DNA of 64,000 bases, taken from assembly GCA_003707115.1 (NCBI GenBank), contig PPNB01000002.1:434001-498000 (forward strand). The letters are read 5' to 3'. How positions within the stretch are numbered: position 1 is the stretch's first letter; every line of letters starts with the position of its first letter. The notes under the pieces were generated by a model. It saw only the letters and a list, made by a program, of their open reading frames with translations, searched no databases and was not told the DNA's origin. This DNA is from Tortispora ganteri (Eukaryota). Shown here piece by piece: positions 30,601 to 43,012 of this stretch. The position numbers were made by a program, and so were the translations under genes.

Positions 30601-33367
30601 CCCAGGATTGAAGAAAGATTATCCAGAAAATTTGCTAGTTCTTAGAGCATATCTATACTTTCTAAGGAGACTGAGGTACGCATACGGCGCTAGAGTGTGT
30701 ACGAGTGCCGACAGGGTTCTGCTAGAAGACTTAATATATCTGGCAGTCTCGTCATACTCAGAAGTTCGTATACAAGCGCAGCATTCATTAGAAAAAACTA
30801 GCCAGGTGTTTTTTGATATCAAACCGGAAATAGCAAGACAGGCCTCAAAAGTGCTAATTGAATCTGCTGATACAATTGGCCATGTCAGCAATGCCAAGCT
30901 TAAAGGTGCGATTTACGTGCTTCAAACTGGCGCGTTTCAGCGAGCTCTTATTCGAACTGCGACGCCTTTGCCAAAATGTATATATGCTCTGGTAGCTTCT
31001 GGCTCGGTTTCCTCGCACGAACTTGCTACTATTGAAGCAGCGAAGAGTCTCATTAACAAAATCACAGAAAATTACAGGCTTCCCATAGCCAGACTCTCTT
31101 TATTATCCGATAATATTGACTTTATCAGCCCAAAAAGCCGCAACATCGTGAACGAAGTAAAGCGGTTGCAGGATACACGCCAGAGAAAGCTGGAGCTGCT
31201 GAATAAAGTGCACGATGAAGTTGAGAGAATTATCGTTGAACTCTTCAATAAAGATTTCACTAATTGGAGCATGAAACTAGTTTGTGCGAACATGTTAAAT
31301 TCAGCGTTTATCCATCCAGAGAAAACGTTGTCGCTAGAGTCGTTTCAAGTTGTTCTTACTGGTGTAATCGACTCTCACCCTGAAATTCGACTTGTTTTTA
31401 TGCATGTTTTCATGAAACACGTTTCTTTGTTGTTCATGCGTGCTGCGACTGGTTACGATTATACCAAAATGTTGTACGAACGTGTATACATATGCAAGAG
31501 GCAGGCAGTAGAGTTTAGTGCGACCGAATATTCTGAGAAAGAGGCTCAGCTATTGAATAGTCTTGCCGATCCAGATCGTCAATTCGTGTTATCGCCGGAA
31601 TTTGTGCCCGGATGGCTGGTCTGGCCTACTCATCTTTTATACGAGCGCAGGTACACAGAAGAGGACTCAGAGCTGTCCCTGAAGGCTGCGGAAATGGCAC
31701 ACCTGGAATTGTGTAAAGAAGTCATAACGTTTGAATGGCTGACAGCGTTGGGCAGTCTCACATGTGAGGAACCGTCACAGATTGAGGGCGATTACTTTAA
31801 TATGCTCTATGTTTTCCTGGAAATCCATCTGTTCACCATATACGGCAAAGGATACACTTCTTTAAGCAAATTGGATATCCTCAAATTTATGAATAATATA
31901 TATGGAGATGGAAAGGACAAGAACCAAAGTCGAGGATGTGCAGAACTGTGCGGCGGAATTGCTGGATCAATGAGATGGCAGAAGAAACCGAACCAGGAGA
32001 TGTACCTCAATTTAATACTGCAGTTTTTTTCGAAGGTGTACGACGCAGATTTGCAGCCTGAAAACTGCTTATACTGGAACAGACTGATATCATTTCTTAC
32101 ATCTGAACAAGACCTTGTGCGATTCGAGCCTCTTGTGAAGAAGATCAAAAGTTTCAGACTAGACAGAAATTCCAACACAGCATTCCTTGACGCTTCGAGA
32201 CTAGGATTTGTTCACAGAATGTACAGTGGGCTCAGCTGGACTACAACTGTAGAGGAAAACACTCTGCAGAACATGTTAGATAACCTTGACTATCCTTACA
32301 AGGCTGTGCGCGAATCTATTGGAAATGTTTTGAGCGCTATATTCAGAAACAGATACCACGAAGGACACCCTTCTCTAGCGAAACTCATAGAAGCCAACTC
32401 CAGTAAAGGTTCTTTAGGACTTGGTGGATACTATGCATCTGATGGTCTTACTGACTGTATCTGTGAAGCTTTCAAAAAACTCAGCAAATGGCGTTTGTCG
32501 TCAGAAGGTCAACCTGCTGCAACTAGTCCTTATTATTGTGCTAGCAAGACCGTTCTTATATGGCTACATGATTGGCTTTCATACCCCAGTGGTGCGATTA
32601 TTGCCCCAATTGTACCCTCGGTGATAATTCCTGAGCTTTTGTATCTTCTTGATATAAAAGAAGATCACGAATTGATCACGCTAGCAGAGCAGTGTATTGA
32701 GCAGATCAGCAACATTCCGTACGAGGAACAGGATATATTGAAGTTCATTAATTCGGCAATAAATGCATGCGACAGCAACCGTCCTTGGAGACATAGACTT
32801 ATGGCTATGAAGGTTGTGCAGGTTGTTTTTTTCCGAAACTTGTTTCTGTTGGCACTCGAAGACAAAATACGTATCCTGCATCGAGTTGTTGGCTTACTGT
32901 TTGATCATCAAGCTGAGGTGCAGCAAGCTGTCTCGGCCACTGTTTCGGGCATCATAAGATGTCTGCCTGCAAGTGCGCAAGAGAGTGAGATCAGTAATTT
33001 GCAGAAGAAGTTTGTGAATATTCTGAAAAAGGAGAAGCTGCCCGCACGGAATTCTACAAGTTCAGCTACTTCATTGCCAGAATACCAGTCTGTTTTCAAT
33101 AGAAGACACGCTGCTGTCCTAGGAATCGGTGCTATAGTTTCTGCGTTCCCATACGAGTCCCCTCCTCCACGATGGGTTCCTAATCTTTTGTCTGTACTGG
33201 CAGCATATGCCAGTGGAAATCCCGGAAATATAGGAAAGAGCGCCAAGCTGGTACTTGGAGACTTCAAGAAAGCACGACAAGACACATGGAGTAAAGACAT
33301 GAAGATATTCACGTTAGAGCAGCTAGAAGACCTTGAAGGTGTTTTCTGGAAGAGTTATTTTGCATGA
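27695..33367 (+). CDS. BLM10: Proteasome activator Blm10/PA200
   Basis: 1890 aa HEAT-like protein; RTYPY, FFHPSNAGSW, LPGIDANDLTKS, RHAAVLGIGAIVSAFPY..PPRW, C-terminal FWKSYFA (HbYX-type tail). Confidence 0.95.
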   Translation: MNGSQSSNPIRTYPYTQVLPYIIEPEPTSAALLDTIIDGLYVALKAGDYDGDPALFWLKELNTWLTLKYDLPIQKRADLLRVLYDVIQVHGLATTVSDRYCSLFNTLFHHRDLLENTDLVLDHTHLLKEYINHAFPSLHAYIPPYERDLPSITRVVMNARHFFPDRSRQDILEAVTTRFSTNKQVTATASVGILVTFFPTRPSSSFPPETFLPTFFHIWTLCARSYQSDFLFLDFMSRLAQECLTEQSVPMSHSGIFTQHQSAFIVSACLRVLEIPVGSSRSPYANTGLPVILKDNKKNKTIRAVSRWFIYSIVPAADSTSSTVLDALEDFLGAFKAFFHPSNAGSWNRAIGILLCSLVQFFVSRWNRENSGDLNVPESRRISLHMKERFVDILSIPIFFAIYSKNSTTTNLAQGALRGIIYLSPAKVLTQVLQQAYPALQGQLETHRTNTAIRALSIAARTFSRTPTLRNHITTILSLILPGIDANDLTKSTQSLQLFEHFANNVPFINVSGEHTDASLAMNWISQEVMELTEFDFSTSNGEVKPELTAEENSMVLESSTAAFDEIVTSLLDRMFVLLENMPDTRLTSSSASPEHKFIQTIPTAFMAIFSALSPEMYETVLNKLFHFVSDHAIYEASTPMAYLCTAIARIMPQKALDLFVPALIINIKAEIQMSAGTSRSNEIMPSDRVLAWNLFILKTVIIDSGTALTHLCEDLFDVMRVVRRNCKGYIAKLNQEMLHNVLYALSATYVIHPSVGRVVDFSIDAWGRKVDPQNLKVNWYTPTPEAIALATALFKEHVDWSQKDLEESMNEESANSKDAIDKMAITLGYLLRAYSGTAQIQDAEGFMHCDTDSNSYDSDQNILDGSYKSFLPAPPSEFRMSTRSGYYFDSHPEDKARHVIQQTRTTVGRLLHSLCEFCKQHEIEDISIMKALISAIEVYLTDARIDRSSKTLEMVGNSYSSRVKPYQIPGLKKDYPENLLVLRAYLYFLRRLRYAYGARVCTSADRVLLEDLIYLAVSSYSEVRIQAQHSLEKTSQVFFDIKPEIARQASKVLIESADTIGHVSNAKLKGAIYVLQTGAFQRALIRTATPLPKCIYALVASGSVSSHELATIEAAKSLINKITENYRLPIARLSLLSDNIDFISPKSRNIVNEVKRLQDTRQRKLELLNKVHDEVERIIVELFNKDFTNWSMKLVCANMLNSAFIHPEKTLSLESFQVVLTGVIDSHPEIRLVFMHVFMKHVSLLFMRAATGYDYTKMLYERVYICKRQAVEFSATEYSEKEAQLLNSLADPDRQFVLSPEFVPGWLVWPTHLLYERRYTEEDSELSLKAAEMAHLELCKEVITFEWLTALGSLTCEEPSQIEGDYFNMLYVFLEIHLFTIYGKGYTSLSKLDILKFMNNIYGDGKDKNQSRGCAELCGGIAGSMRWQKKPNQEMYLNLILQFFSKVYDADLQPENCLYWNRLISFLTSEQDLVRFEPLVKKIKSFRLDRNSNTAFLDASRLGFVHRMYSGLSWTTTVEENTLQNMLDNLDYPYKAVRESIGNVLSAIFRNRYHEGHPSLAKLIEANSSKGSLGLGGYYASDGLTDCICEAFKKLSKWRLSSEGQPAATSPYYCASKTVLIWLHDWLSYPSGAIIAPIVPSVIIPELLYLLDIKEDHELITLAEQCIEQISNIPYEEQDILKFINSAINACDSNRPWRHRLMAMKVVQVVFFRNLFLLALEDKIRILHRVVGLLFDHQAEVQQAVSATVSGIIRCLPASAQESEISNLQKKFVNILKKEKLPARNSTSSATSLPEYQSVFNRRHAAVLGIGAIVSAFPYESPPPRWVPNLLSVLAAYASGNPGNIGKSAKLVLGDFKKARQDTWSKDMKIFTLEQLEDLEGVFWKSYFA

Positions 33368-33420
33368 AAAGATATGATATGTATAATATGATGACATTAT
33401 TGTGTTATTAATAATAAAGA

Positions 33421-35631
33421 TTATTTGAAAGGAGCTTTAAGTGGGTCTATAACAAGACCAGGTTTAACAATTACTCTCGGTTTAATGCTCTTCTGATGAA
33501 CAGTGATCGCAGAAGCTTCTTTAATCAAAGGAATGCGTAAAGATCGTTCATACTGTTCCCTTGTTTCAAATGGGAATGGAACTTCAGATGAATTATACCT
33601 TAAATTCTTCTTGTTAATCCGTTCATTTATAATGACACCCTTCAGATCCCTATCTTCTCTCCTTTTCGGGTTCACAATACCCTTTTTCGTAACAATGCGC
33701 GGTTTGGTAGCAAGACCGTCGCCAGCCCACGATCCCCATCCTGGAACAGCTGTATCCACTCGTTTATCAGCATCTTCTTCTACCAGTTGTCGTTTCTCTT
33801 CCTCGAACTCTCGTACAACGTCATCACCAGCAAACGCTTTCTTTACCAACTCCTTCTGAGACATGTAGATCCTATTCGAAGCACGTACGCCATCGGTCTC
33901 TTGGGAAGACATGTGTAGCTGGTTCGATGTCTGAACAATAGAGCCGCTATCAGAATCTTTGCTCTCTCTGGCAACCTTGCGTTTGTGTACAACAGCTTTA
34001 CTCGTCTCTGACGAAGAAATTGTAAGCCAAGGGTTACCAGAGGTTTCAGGAATATCTGGTTTGGTTTCTTCATCATCAAAGCCTGTGAACTCTTCATCTG
34101 ATATATTGTCAATGGCTGTTGACTCAGAAGGCTGAGTTAGCTTGCGTTTGAGGGTATTAGCAGCATTGCCGTATTTCCGTATACCCTCAGTCACTAAAAT
34201 CTCATCATCAGAGGCATCAGTTGGAGATGCGCCATTCTGCATATGCTCTAATTCGCGGCGCGCTTTCGCATTTGCTTCCTTTTCGCGCTCACGTGCATTA
34301 ACCATAAACTTCATATTCATAAGACTTTTGTCTGAACCAGTCTGTTCTTCGGTTTCGTCATCTGAAATATCACTGAGGTTTTCGTCACTAGAATCTGGTT
34401 CATCATTGCCTAGTATGCGAGTTTTCAGTTGCTCACCCTTCAAAAGCATCTCTTCATATTCTTTCCTTGATTCAGAATCCTTTGTAATGCCCTGAGAGAC
34501 CATCCTCTTAGCCCAATTAGAATTTTTGTGTCGTAATGTCATGCGTTCCTTAGCACGCTCAGCTAATCTTGCTTCATCATCGCTGCCAGATTCATCGTCC
34601 ATTGCGTTTATCTCTTCTTGACGAAGACGCTCCTTTTTGCGTATACGTCGGTACGCCTTTGACTTGATTTTAGCCAGTCTTTTTGCTTTCCTTTCTTCGC
34701 GAAACATAAGATCGCGCATTATTCGAAGTTTATTTCTACGTTCAATGAGTTCTTCATGAGACAAATTCTTCTGGGCAAGTTGCTCAAACGTAGCTTCTTT
34801 CTCTTCATAGAGTTGCGATCGTTCCAGCACATCGGTCACCTCTTTCTCGAGGCCACTAGCCGGGATGTCTCGCGGGGCAGTGAGATCCGGCAGACTGGGA
34901 AGCGATTCAGGATTTATAGGAAACATGAGATGTTCCGCAGATCTATTTTGTCGAATTGTGTCGTCCCATTGACTCAACTCGTCTCTAGTGACTTGGTAAG
35001 CAGCAGCACGATTTCGTTCTTGACGAATCGACTTTACTTCAGGCGCTTTAAGTACTTTTGTTTTTGTTGACCCTCTGATCTTGTCTAGTCGTGAAAGTGA
35101 GTCTCTAAGTGTGGAGTCAGCTACATTTGCGAATAGATCATCGATAGACAGTTTGGTAGGGTCAGTAGTCAGAGTGTCGTTTTGTATTTTAGAAAGCCCC
35201 GAAAACGAAGAAATCGCATCCATAAGCTTATTTCCAGCCTCATCATCTGTAGCAGACTCTGAATCATGATTGTCAGATAATTCGGCTGTTTCATTGTCGC
35301 TAGACTCTGAAGCCATATCAAAAGCTGTAGTCAAATCAACATAAGAGTCTAGTTCTTCCTGATCAGTTTCCTCTTCGGCCTCATTAGCGAGTTTCTTCGA
35401 AGAAGATCCGCGAAACGTCCAATCTGCAAATTGTGCTTCATCTTCAGAATCAAATGCTTCATCACTATCAATCTCTGAATCATCATCGGCTTCTGAATGC
35501 TCAAACTCAGACCCATTCAAGACCATATCGGTTGAGTGGATTTGGCCGTCGCTATCACTGTTTCCACCACCAGATTGCATCTCGGCTAAACTCAGAGCGT
35601 CTAGAACTTGTGAAGATTTCTTCTTAGCCAT
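33421..35631 (-). CDS. UTP14: SSU processome component Utp14
   Basis: KAKRLAKIKSKAYRRI, RAKERMTLRHK..WAK, AFAGDDVV, PGWGSW, PFPFETREQYERSLR. Confidence 0.95.
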   Translation of the reverse strand: MAKKKSSQVLDALSLAEMQSGGGNSDSDGQIHSTDMVLNGSEFEHSEADDDSEIDSDEAFDSEDEAQFADWTFRGSSSKKLANEAEEETDQEELDSYVDLTTAFDMASESSDNETAELSDNHDSESATDDEAGNKLMDAISSFSGLSKIQNDTLTTDPTKLSIDDLFANVADSTLRDSLSRLDKIRGSTKTKVLKAPEVKSIRQERNRAAAYQVTRDELSQWDDTIRQNRSAEHLMFPINPESLPSLPDLTAPRDIPASGLEKEVTDVLERSQLYEEKEATFEQLAQKNLSHEELIERRNKLRIMRDLMFREERKAKRLAKIKSKAYRRIRKKERLRQEEINAMDDESGSDDEARLAERAKERMTLRHKNSNWAKRMVSQGITKDSESRKEYEEMLLKGEQLKTRILGNDEPDSSDENLSDISDDETEEQTGSDKSLMNMKFMVNAREREKEANAKARRELEHMQNGASPTDASDDEILVTEGIRKYGNAANTLKRKLTQPSESTAIDNISDEEFTGFDDEETKPDIPETSGNPWLTISSSETSKAVVHKRKVARESKDSDSGSIVQTSNQLHMSSQETDGVRASNRIYMSQKELVKKAFAGDDVVREFEEEKRQLVEEDADKRVDTAVPGWGSWAGDGLATKPRIVTKKGIVNPKRREDRDLKGVIINERINKKNLRYNSSEVPFPFETREQYERSLRIPLIKEASAITVHQKSIKPRVIVKPGLVIDPLKAPFK

Positions 35632-35699
35632 TTGGTCTGTCTAATTACAAGTCTTTTAAGGAGAAATCAGTGTTATAAGAAAAAATCACTACTAGGTAA

Positions 35700-35707
35700 G
35701 AGATGAG
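35700..35707. promoter_or_regulatory. PAC motif (ribosome-biogenesis regulon) upstream of UTP14
   Basis: GAGATGAG about 70 bp upstream of the UTP14 ATG. Confidence 0.5.
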
Positions 35708-35819
35708 GTTTCGCTATTGGTCAGTTGTTGGGTCAAAATTTACGTGAACGTTACCCGGCTGCGAACGCTACTCGCCTGGCACAGTAGGCAACTCATGATT
35801 CACTATACCATCTACGACT

Positions 35820-36908
35820 ATGCCTGAAGCACCGTCTGCGGCTGTTCAGAGTGTAGAAGAGAGTCCTGTACGGACACCCAATGGGTTGTACACAGGTGTG
35901 ATTGAGTTTGCTGATGTTCTTGAAGCCGTTCCTGCAGAGACGGTGCCGCACATTAGCCTCCTGCGCGAGATAGAAGCTAAGAGCCTGCACCTTTATGACT
36001 CAGTGAAAAAGGCAATAAAACGATCAGACTGGAGGAATGGTAACAGGATTGGAACTAAAGAGTTTTCAGAGCTACAGACATTGATTGGTGAATTGATCCC
36101 GACACTCGAAGAGAAAATCCACGTTGCGGACGCCGCTTTTACCACTATGCAGAAGGTAGAGGAACGGCTCAACTCAGTGTTCAAAGCAGCAGAACTAGAA
36201 GTTCCCGAGGTGATTCGATATGGCGACTTGAATCATCCTGCTATTGTACAGGAGAAACCAGACGCGGTGACGAAGTCTGCGCATTCGGGCAGATCCGAGG
36301 CTCGACGGGAAGCACTTGCTGCGCGGCGAGCTACTGCTGGCCAAACGAATGACGGTAATGACACATCTAGGGGCAATACACCCGTTTTGACTACAAATTC
36401 AAATTCAAGGAACCGGAGTGCCAACGAATCTAGTGGCGCTGCTGCCAAAAGGCGGAGAGCAGGCGGTACCGCCGGCGCTGCTTCAACAGGTAGCAACAAC
36501 AGTGCCGCATCAGGAGCCGGTGACACATGGACTCAGCAGCATACGCCTAACAGTAGAGCTGCTGGTGGTAACGGGGCGAGCGAACTGTACGGTTCGACAG
36601 AAAAGAGGCCGGGTAATAGTCAAGGGTCGCGACCGGCTGCTGCACAGCAGGCGCCAGAGAACTGGAACAGAACTGGTGGGTACAAAGGAGGACGCAACAG
36701 CAATGGCGCTATACGAGCGCCGGCTGTTAATGAGCCTGTATACTGCTACTGTCAACAAGTTTCGTATGGCGAGATGGTAGGATGCGATGGACCAGAGTGT
36801 GAGCGCGAATGGTTCCATTTACCGTGCGTGGGTCTATCGGCACCGCCGAAAGGTCAGTGGTTCTGCGACGATTGCAGCGCTAAGATGAAAGGGCGCAAAG
36901 TTAGGTAG
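35820..36908 (+). CDS. PHO23: ING-family PHD finger protein (Pho23-like)
   Basis: N-terminal ING domain ([25 protein letters not shown]); C-terminal [30 protein letters not shown]. The Pho23 versus Yng1/Yng2 assignment is tentative. Confidence 0.8.
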   Translation: MPEAPSAAVQSVEESPVRTPNGLYTGVIEFADVLEAVPAETVPHISLLREIEAKSLHLYDSVKKAIKRSDWRNGNRIGTKEFSELQTLIGELIPTLEEKIHVADAAFTTMQKVEERLNSVFKAAELEVPEVIRYGDLNHPAIVQEKPDAVTKSAHSGRSEARREALAARRATAGQTNDGNDTSRGNTPVLTTNSNSRNRSANESSGAAAKRRRAGGTAGAASTGSNNSAASGAGDTWTQQHTPNSRAAGGNGASELYGSTEKRPGNSQGSRPAAAQQAPENWNRTGGYKGGRNSNGAIRAPAVNEPVYCYCQQVSYGEMVGCDGPECEREWFHLPCVGLSAPPKGQWFCDDCSAKMKGRKVR

Positions 36909-37119
36909 GTGAGCCAGACCAAAAAAAGAAAAGAAAAAAACAAAGAAAAGAAAAAAAGAAAAATTGTTAATCTATGACTATATAATAATTGATTTTATTG
37001 ATTATAGAGCATTGTTTTGCATTTATAGACTGAGTTTTTGACAGTTTGACTGGACTACATATACCGAGCACTTAGAGACACATCCTTTTTAGGGTTCATT
37101 CAACCTTTTGACACCCACA

Positions 37120-38769
37120 ATGGAAGAATCTATGACGGATATATCAATGCAAGATGTGAGTGACGAAAACAATTCACCGCCGGCATTTCAGTTTCGCACA
37201 ATAAACCACTTAGATGACACTCACGACAGCGTTGTGACTACCGATGAAGAGGAAGAGGAGGATGAGATCGAGGATGAAGAAGATATGGAGGAAGAAGAGG
37301 AAGTAGATGATGACACTGAGACTATCAATGGCAAATCGCCGACAACTTCGTCATTGAAATCAAAACCTGAACGTATAGCATCAATTACCAAGAGACAAGT
37401 AAATCTTCATCTCTCTGGTATGCCTAGACTCAAGAAAGACGACGGTCAACCACTATGGAGGCGTGACCTCCAATACGATTTCTTACAATGCCTATTTGGA
37501 GATAAAACCAAAGCTTTTACACTTTTTCGGGACGGTACAGAACTTGTTTCTTTCCGTGAACTTTACATGGAAGCATTACTTGACTCTCCGCGTATCTCTA
37601 ATATACTCAAGACCAAGTTACGCAAGGATGAAGATATGGCTACATCCATGCTGTACATGTGTGTATTAGTAAATATAGGTCGCATGAACACCACTTTCAA
37701 CTTTTTTCCTGCAATGAAAGCCCAGTTTCGCACTTACCATCCGGTACCCGCGCTTCAGTGGAAGAGCAAAGGTGACTACAAGTCACTTCAGGACGCCCCC
37801 AGAGTTAAATCTATATTAAAAGCCACATGTGAAAACTCAGAAGAGCCTGCAACACTCGATGAAGTTAAAGAAAAACCTCCGCATGAGAGAACTAACCCCA
37901 TAAATCTACTGTTCTTGCTAGTCACTCATGCTAAACAAGTAACAGAGGACTATTTTCCATCTGAATATAAGTTCCAGGATCTAATCGTCGATGCCAGCCT
38001 CTCTTCTGAATCGCGTGCTCGTGCCCTGCTTTGGCTATTCTGGACATATCTCGAATCAGATTTCGAGATTGAGACCTTGAAGAAAAACCCATTCGCAGTT
38101 TCTGGTCAAGACTATAACCTCATACCACCTTTCAATTCTCTATCTAAAGCAGAGGAGGAAAAGGAAAACATCGACTCGCCAGAAGAATTAGCTTTTGCTG
38201 AGGATATGCGCGTCCTTCGCTATGAGCTTATACCTGACTCCAGTGTAACGCCCATGGCTCGTCCTCGACCTTCGACTCCTTCGAAGAAGAAGATCGATCA
38301 CAAAGAGACACCGAAAACTTCTACAGAATCACTAAAAATATCTGTTTTAAAGAATTACAAAATTGATCTTGATGCATCACTCAGTGAGAACGGGCCTAAA
38401 ATCCGTGAGTTGTTTGATTCCAACGGCAATATCTACCCCCTTCATGTCAGAGCATATACGGAGGCCATGGGGTACATTAAGCGGAAGTGGAAGAGTGAAT
38501 ACCGATCCAGAGTGACTAAAGGTCCTTTAAAGTCTGAATGGACATACTTGAAGAGTATACTGCAATCAAAATCGAATCAGACAGAAACTTCAACCAGTTC
38601 TCTGCCGATCGAGAAGTTGATTATTCCACCTAAGGAATTGACTTCTGATTTCCTTAATCCAGAATACTCATCAACGGGAGAATATTCTGGACATATAGCT
38701 GCAGCACTAAAGACGAGTCTAAAGCGAACAGAAAGATGGGGTTGCAATAAATTTGAGGCGACTCCGTAA
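37120..38769 (+). CDS. IES1: INO80 complex subunit Ies1
   Basis: First ATG at 37120; LKKDDGQPLWRRDLQYDFL, LVNIGRMNTT, RTYHPVPALQ, LQDAPRVKSILKA, SRARALLWLFWTYLE. Confidence 0.92.
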   Translation: MEESMTDISMQDVSDENNSPPAFQFRTINHLDDTHDSVVTTDEEEEEDEIEDEEDMEEEEEVDDDTETINGKSPTTSSLKSKPERIASITKRQVNLHLSGMPRLKKDDGQPLWRRDLQYDFLQCLFGDKTKAFTLFRDGTELVSFRELYMEALLDSPRISNILKTKLRKDEDMATSMLYMCVLVNIGRMNTTFNFFPAMKAQFRTYHPVPALQWKSKGDYKSLQDAPRVKSILKATCENSEEPATLDEVKEKPPHERTNPINLLFLLVTHAKQVTEDYFPSEYKFQDLIVDASLSSESRARALLWLFWTYLESDFEIETLKKNPFAVSGQDYNLIPPFNSLSKAEEEKENIDSPEELAFAEDMRVLRYELIPDSSVTPMARPRPSTPSKKKIDHKETPKTSTESLKISVLKNYKIDLDASLSENGPKIRELFDSNGNIYPLHVRAYTEAMGYIKRKWKSEYRSRVTKGPLKSEWTYLKSILQSKSNQTETSTSSLPIEKLIIPPKELTSDFLNPEYSSTGEYSGHIAAALKTSLKRTERWGCNKFEATP

Positions 38770-38853
38770 TTGAGAAAACTAGGGATTATTCAACCTTTTA
38801 CTTTCTTACTCCCATCTTACAAACTTTTTCTCCTTAGTTTGCGAGACACAATA

Positions 38854-39936
38854 ATGAGCACTAAAAGAGAATTATCTAAAGAACCGTTCAGGGTAATTGT
38901 AGGATCATATGAGCATCATCTTGCTTGTTTTGCAGTTGATTCAACATTCATACCGATCTTTTATTTTGCCCCTCACACTAGCGCAATAAGATGCATGGCT
39001 CAATCTAAACGATACCTCGTTTCTGGATCAAATGACGAACATATTCGACTATACGATTTACAAAAACGTAAAGAATTAGGATCTTTAATTTTTCATGATG
39101 GATCCATCACTTCTCTTAAGTTTTATGGCTCTAAATGGCTTATGAGTGCTAGCGATGAAGGTCTCATACTACTATGGAGAACTAAGGACTGGGAAGTAAT
39201 GGCTCAACTAAAAGGCCATAAAGGTCGTGTAAACGATATAGCTATTCATAATTCAGGCAAAGTTGCCGTATCTGTTGGAGTAGATCGCTCAATCCGTCTA
39301 TGGAATCTCATGACCGCCAAAAAGGCCGCTATGCTTAAACTGGGCAAAGACGAACCCCTAAAAGTCGATTTCAACCCACAGGGCACCACCATAGCTATAG
39401 GCTTTGACAGATATATCCAAATTTTCGATCCTACTACTATGACTTCCACTAAAGAACTGAAATTCACCTCACCTTTACAGCATTTAACTCATGTGTCCTA
39501 CCCAGATACACATGCCTTCTCAGACCTACTTCTAATCGCGTTTTCGAACGGCGACATTATCGCATACGACCCCGTCTCGCTGGACCACGTATACACAATA
39601 TCTACAGGCGCAAATAGAATTAAGCATTTCTTTGTCAACACCATAGATGATGTGATGTGGCTTGCAGCTGTTTCTTCAGACGGTTGGATTCTTGTCTACG
39701 ACTTATCATCAGCCAAAGAGCCGTCGTTATTTGCTAAACATCAGGTCTCTGAGCGACTTACATGTTGCGTTCTTGTGCCCGAAAATGTAGAGAAGGCCGA
39801 AACTATGAAAAAACGTAAAATTGAAGGCGCTGAAAGTGACATATCGGCTACAGAGCCTGAAGAAGATTCAGAAGAAGAAGAGAATTCAGAAGAAGAAGAA
39901 GAAAAAGAAGAAGAAAATAAAGAAGAAACTATTTAA
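38854..39936 (+). CDS. MAK11: 60S ribosome biogenesis WD40 protein Mak11/PAK1IP1
   Basis: First ATG at 38854; FRVIVGSYEH, LVSGSNDEHIRLYDLQKRKELGSL, RLWNLMTAKKA; acidic tail. Confidence 0.93.
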   Translation: MSTKRELSKEPFRVIVGSYEHHLACFAVDSTFIPIFYFAPHTSAIRCMAQSKRYLVSGSNDEHIRLYDLQKRKELGSLIFHDGSITSLKFYGSKWLMSASDEGLILLWRTKDWEVMAQLKGHKGRVNDIAIHNSGKVAVSVGVDRSIRLWNLMTAKKAAMLKLGKDEPLKVDFNPQGTTIAIGFDRYIQIFDPTTMTSTKELKFTSPLQHLTHVSYPDTHAFSDLLLIAFSNGDIIAYDPVSLDHVYTISTGANRIKHFFVNTIDDVMWLAAVSSDGWILVYDLSSAKEPSLFAKHQVSERLTCCVLVPENVEKAETMKKRKIEGAESDISATEPEEDSEEEENSEEEEEKEEENKEETI

Positions 39937-40719
39937 TAAATCGACTTTGGTCTACAATATCTAATCACAATATAGATAAATTAAAACAAACTTATAATAT
40001 TTCTCTATTGCAATCTCTAGGCAATCAATGGTTCTATCATCAAACAAAAACATACCCAATTCATCGTCCATAACGCGAGGAGTTTAATTATCATAAACGA
40101 GGAAAGTATCAACCTTCCTCAACATCAAAAGAAAAAATATAGGAGTCCTAAAAACTTACTCCTAATTTTATAATCATCAACGCGTGATCCAAGTTGAGAT
40201 ACAGATATCACATAGTAATCCGCAATATCCCCCAATCCCTTAAAACGCATCTCGTTCATCGTCGTAAGTAAAAAAAAATCGCCCTACCGTCATTATATAA
40301 ACTCATGTAAACCATTCAAATCATAAAAGAAAGTAAGACGTCATGTCAGTTCCCAGAAGATAGAGGCAACTGCAGCAACAGCAAACGAGACAATTAATGT
40401 TTTGCAAAGCCGATCAAAATAAAAAATTCTAAAGAGAGATGCATCAAGCAAAGCTATTTCCACTCAGCTAAATTTTTTCTTTCGAACAAGCAAAAGCAAA
40501 ACACAGTCAAAACATAATGCAACAAAGCAAAAACTCCACATCGCGCAATAAGCAAACCATCTAATAATCGCCATATAAAATAATCCACGTACAAATTCCA
40601 CTGATTCCAAAGCCAATAAATTTTTAAAAAGAAAAAGCATCATAGTCGAAGCTCATCATGTGTCATAAAGGAAAATATGGAAAAAACAATAATGACACTT
40701 TCAGTACGAAGTGGTCAGT

Positions 40720-42756
<2,037 letters not shown>

Positions 42757-43012
42757 TTAATAAGGAGTTAACAGGTTCAAAAAGAATCTCTTGTTAAGGT
42801 GGGAATAGAAAGAAAAAAAATTTCTAAGGCAAAAAGTAAATAAAGTTAAGGAATAATCAAGGGCAGCCAATAAGAAATCATATATAACCCCAACCCAGAG
42901 ATGTAGCTCAGATCTGCTTCAAGAATGTGATTTACGTGATAGTTTTTCGAATTTTGTTAAAAATATCTAATAACTAGTACAAGAAGTCATTGTGATTACT
43001 GAATGAAAAGAT

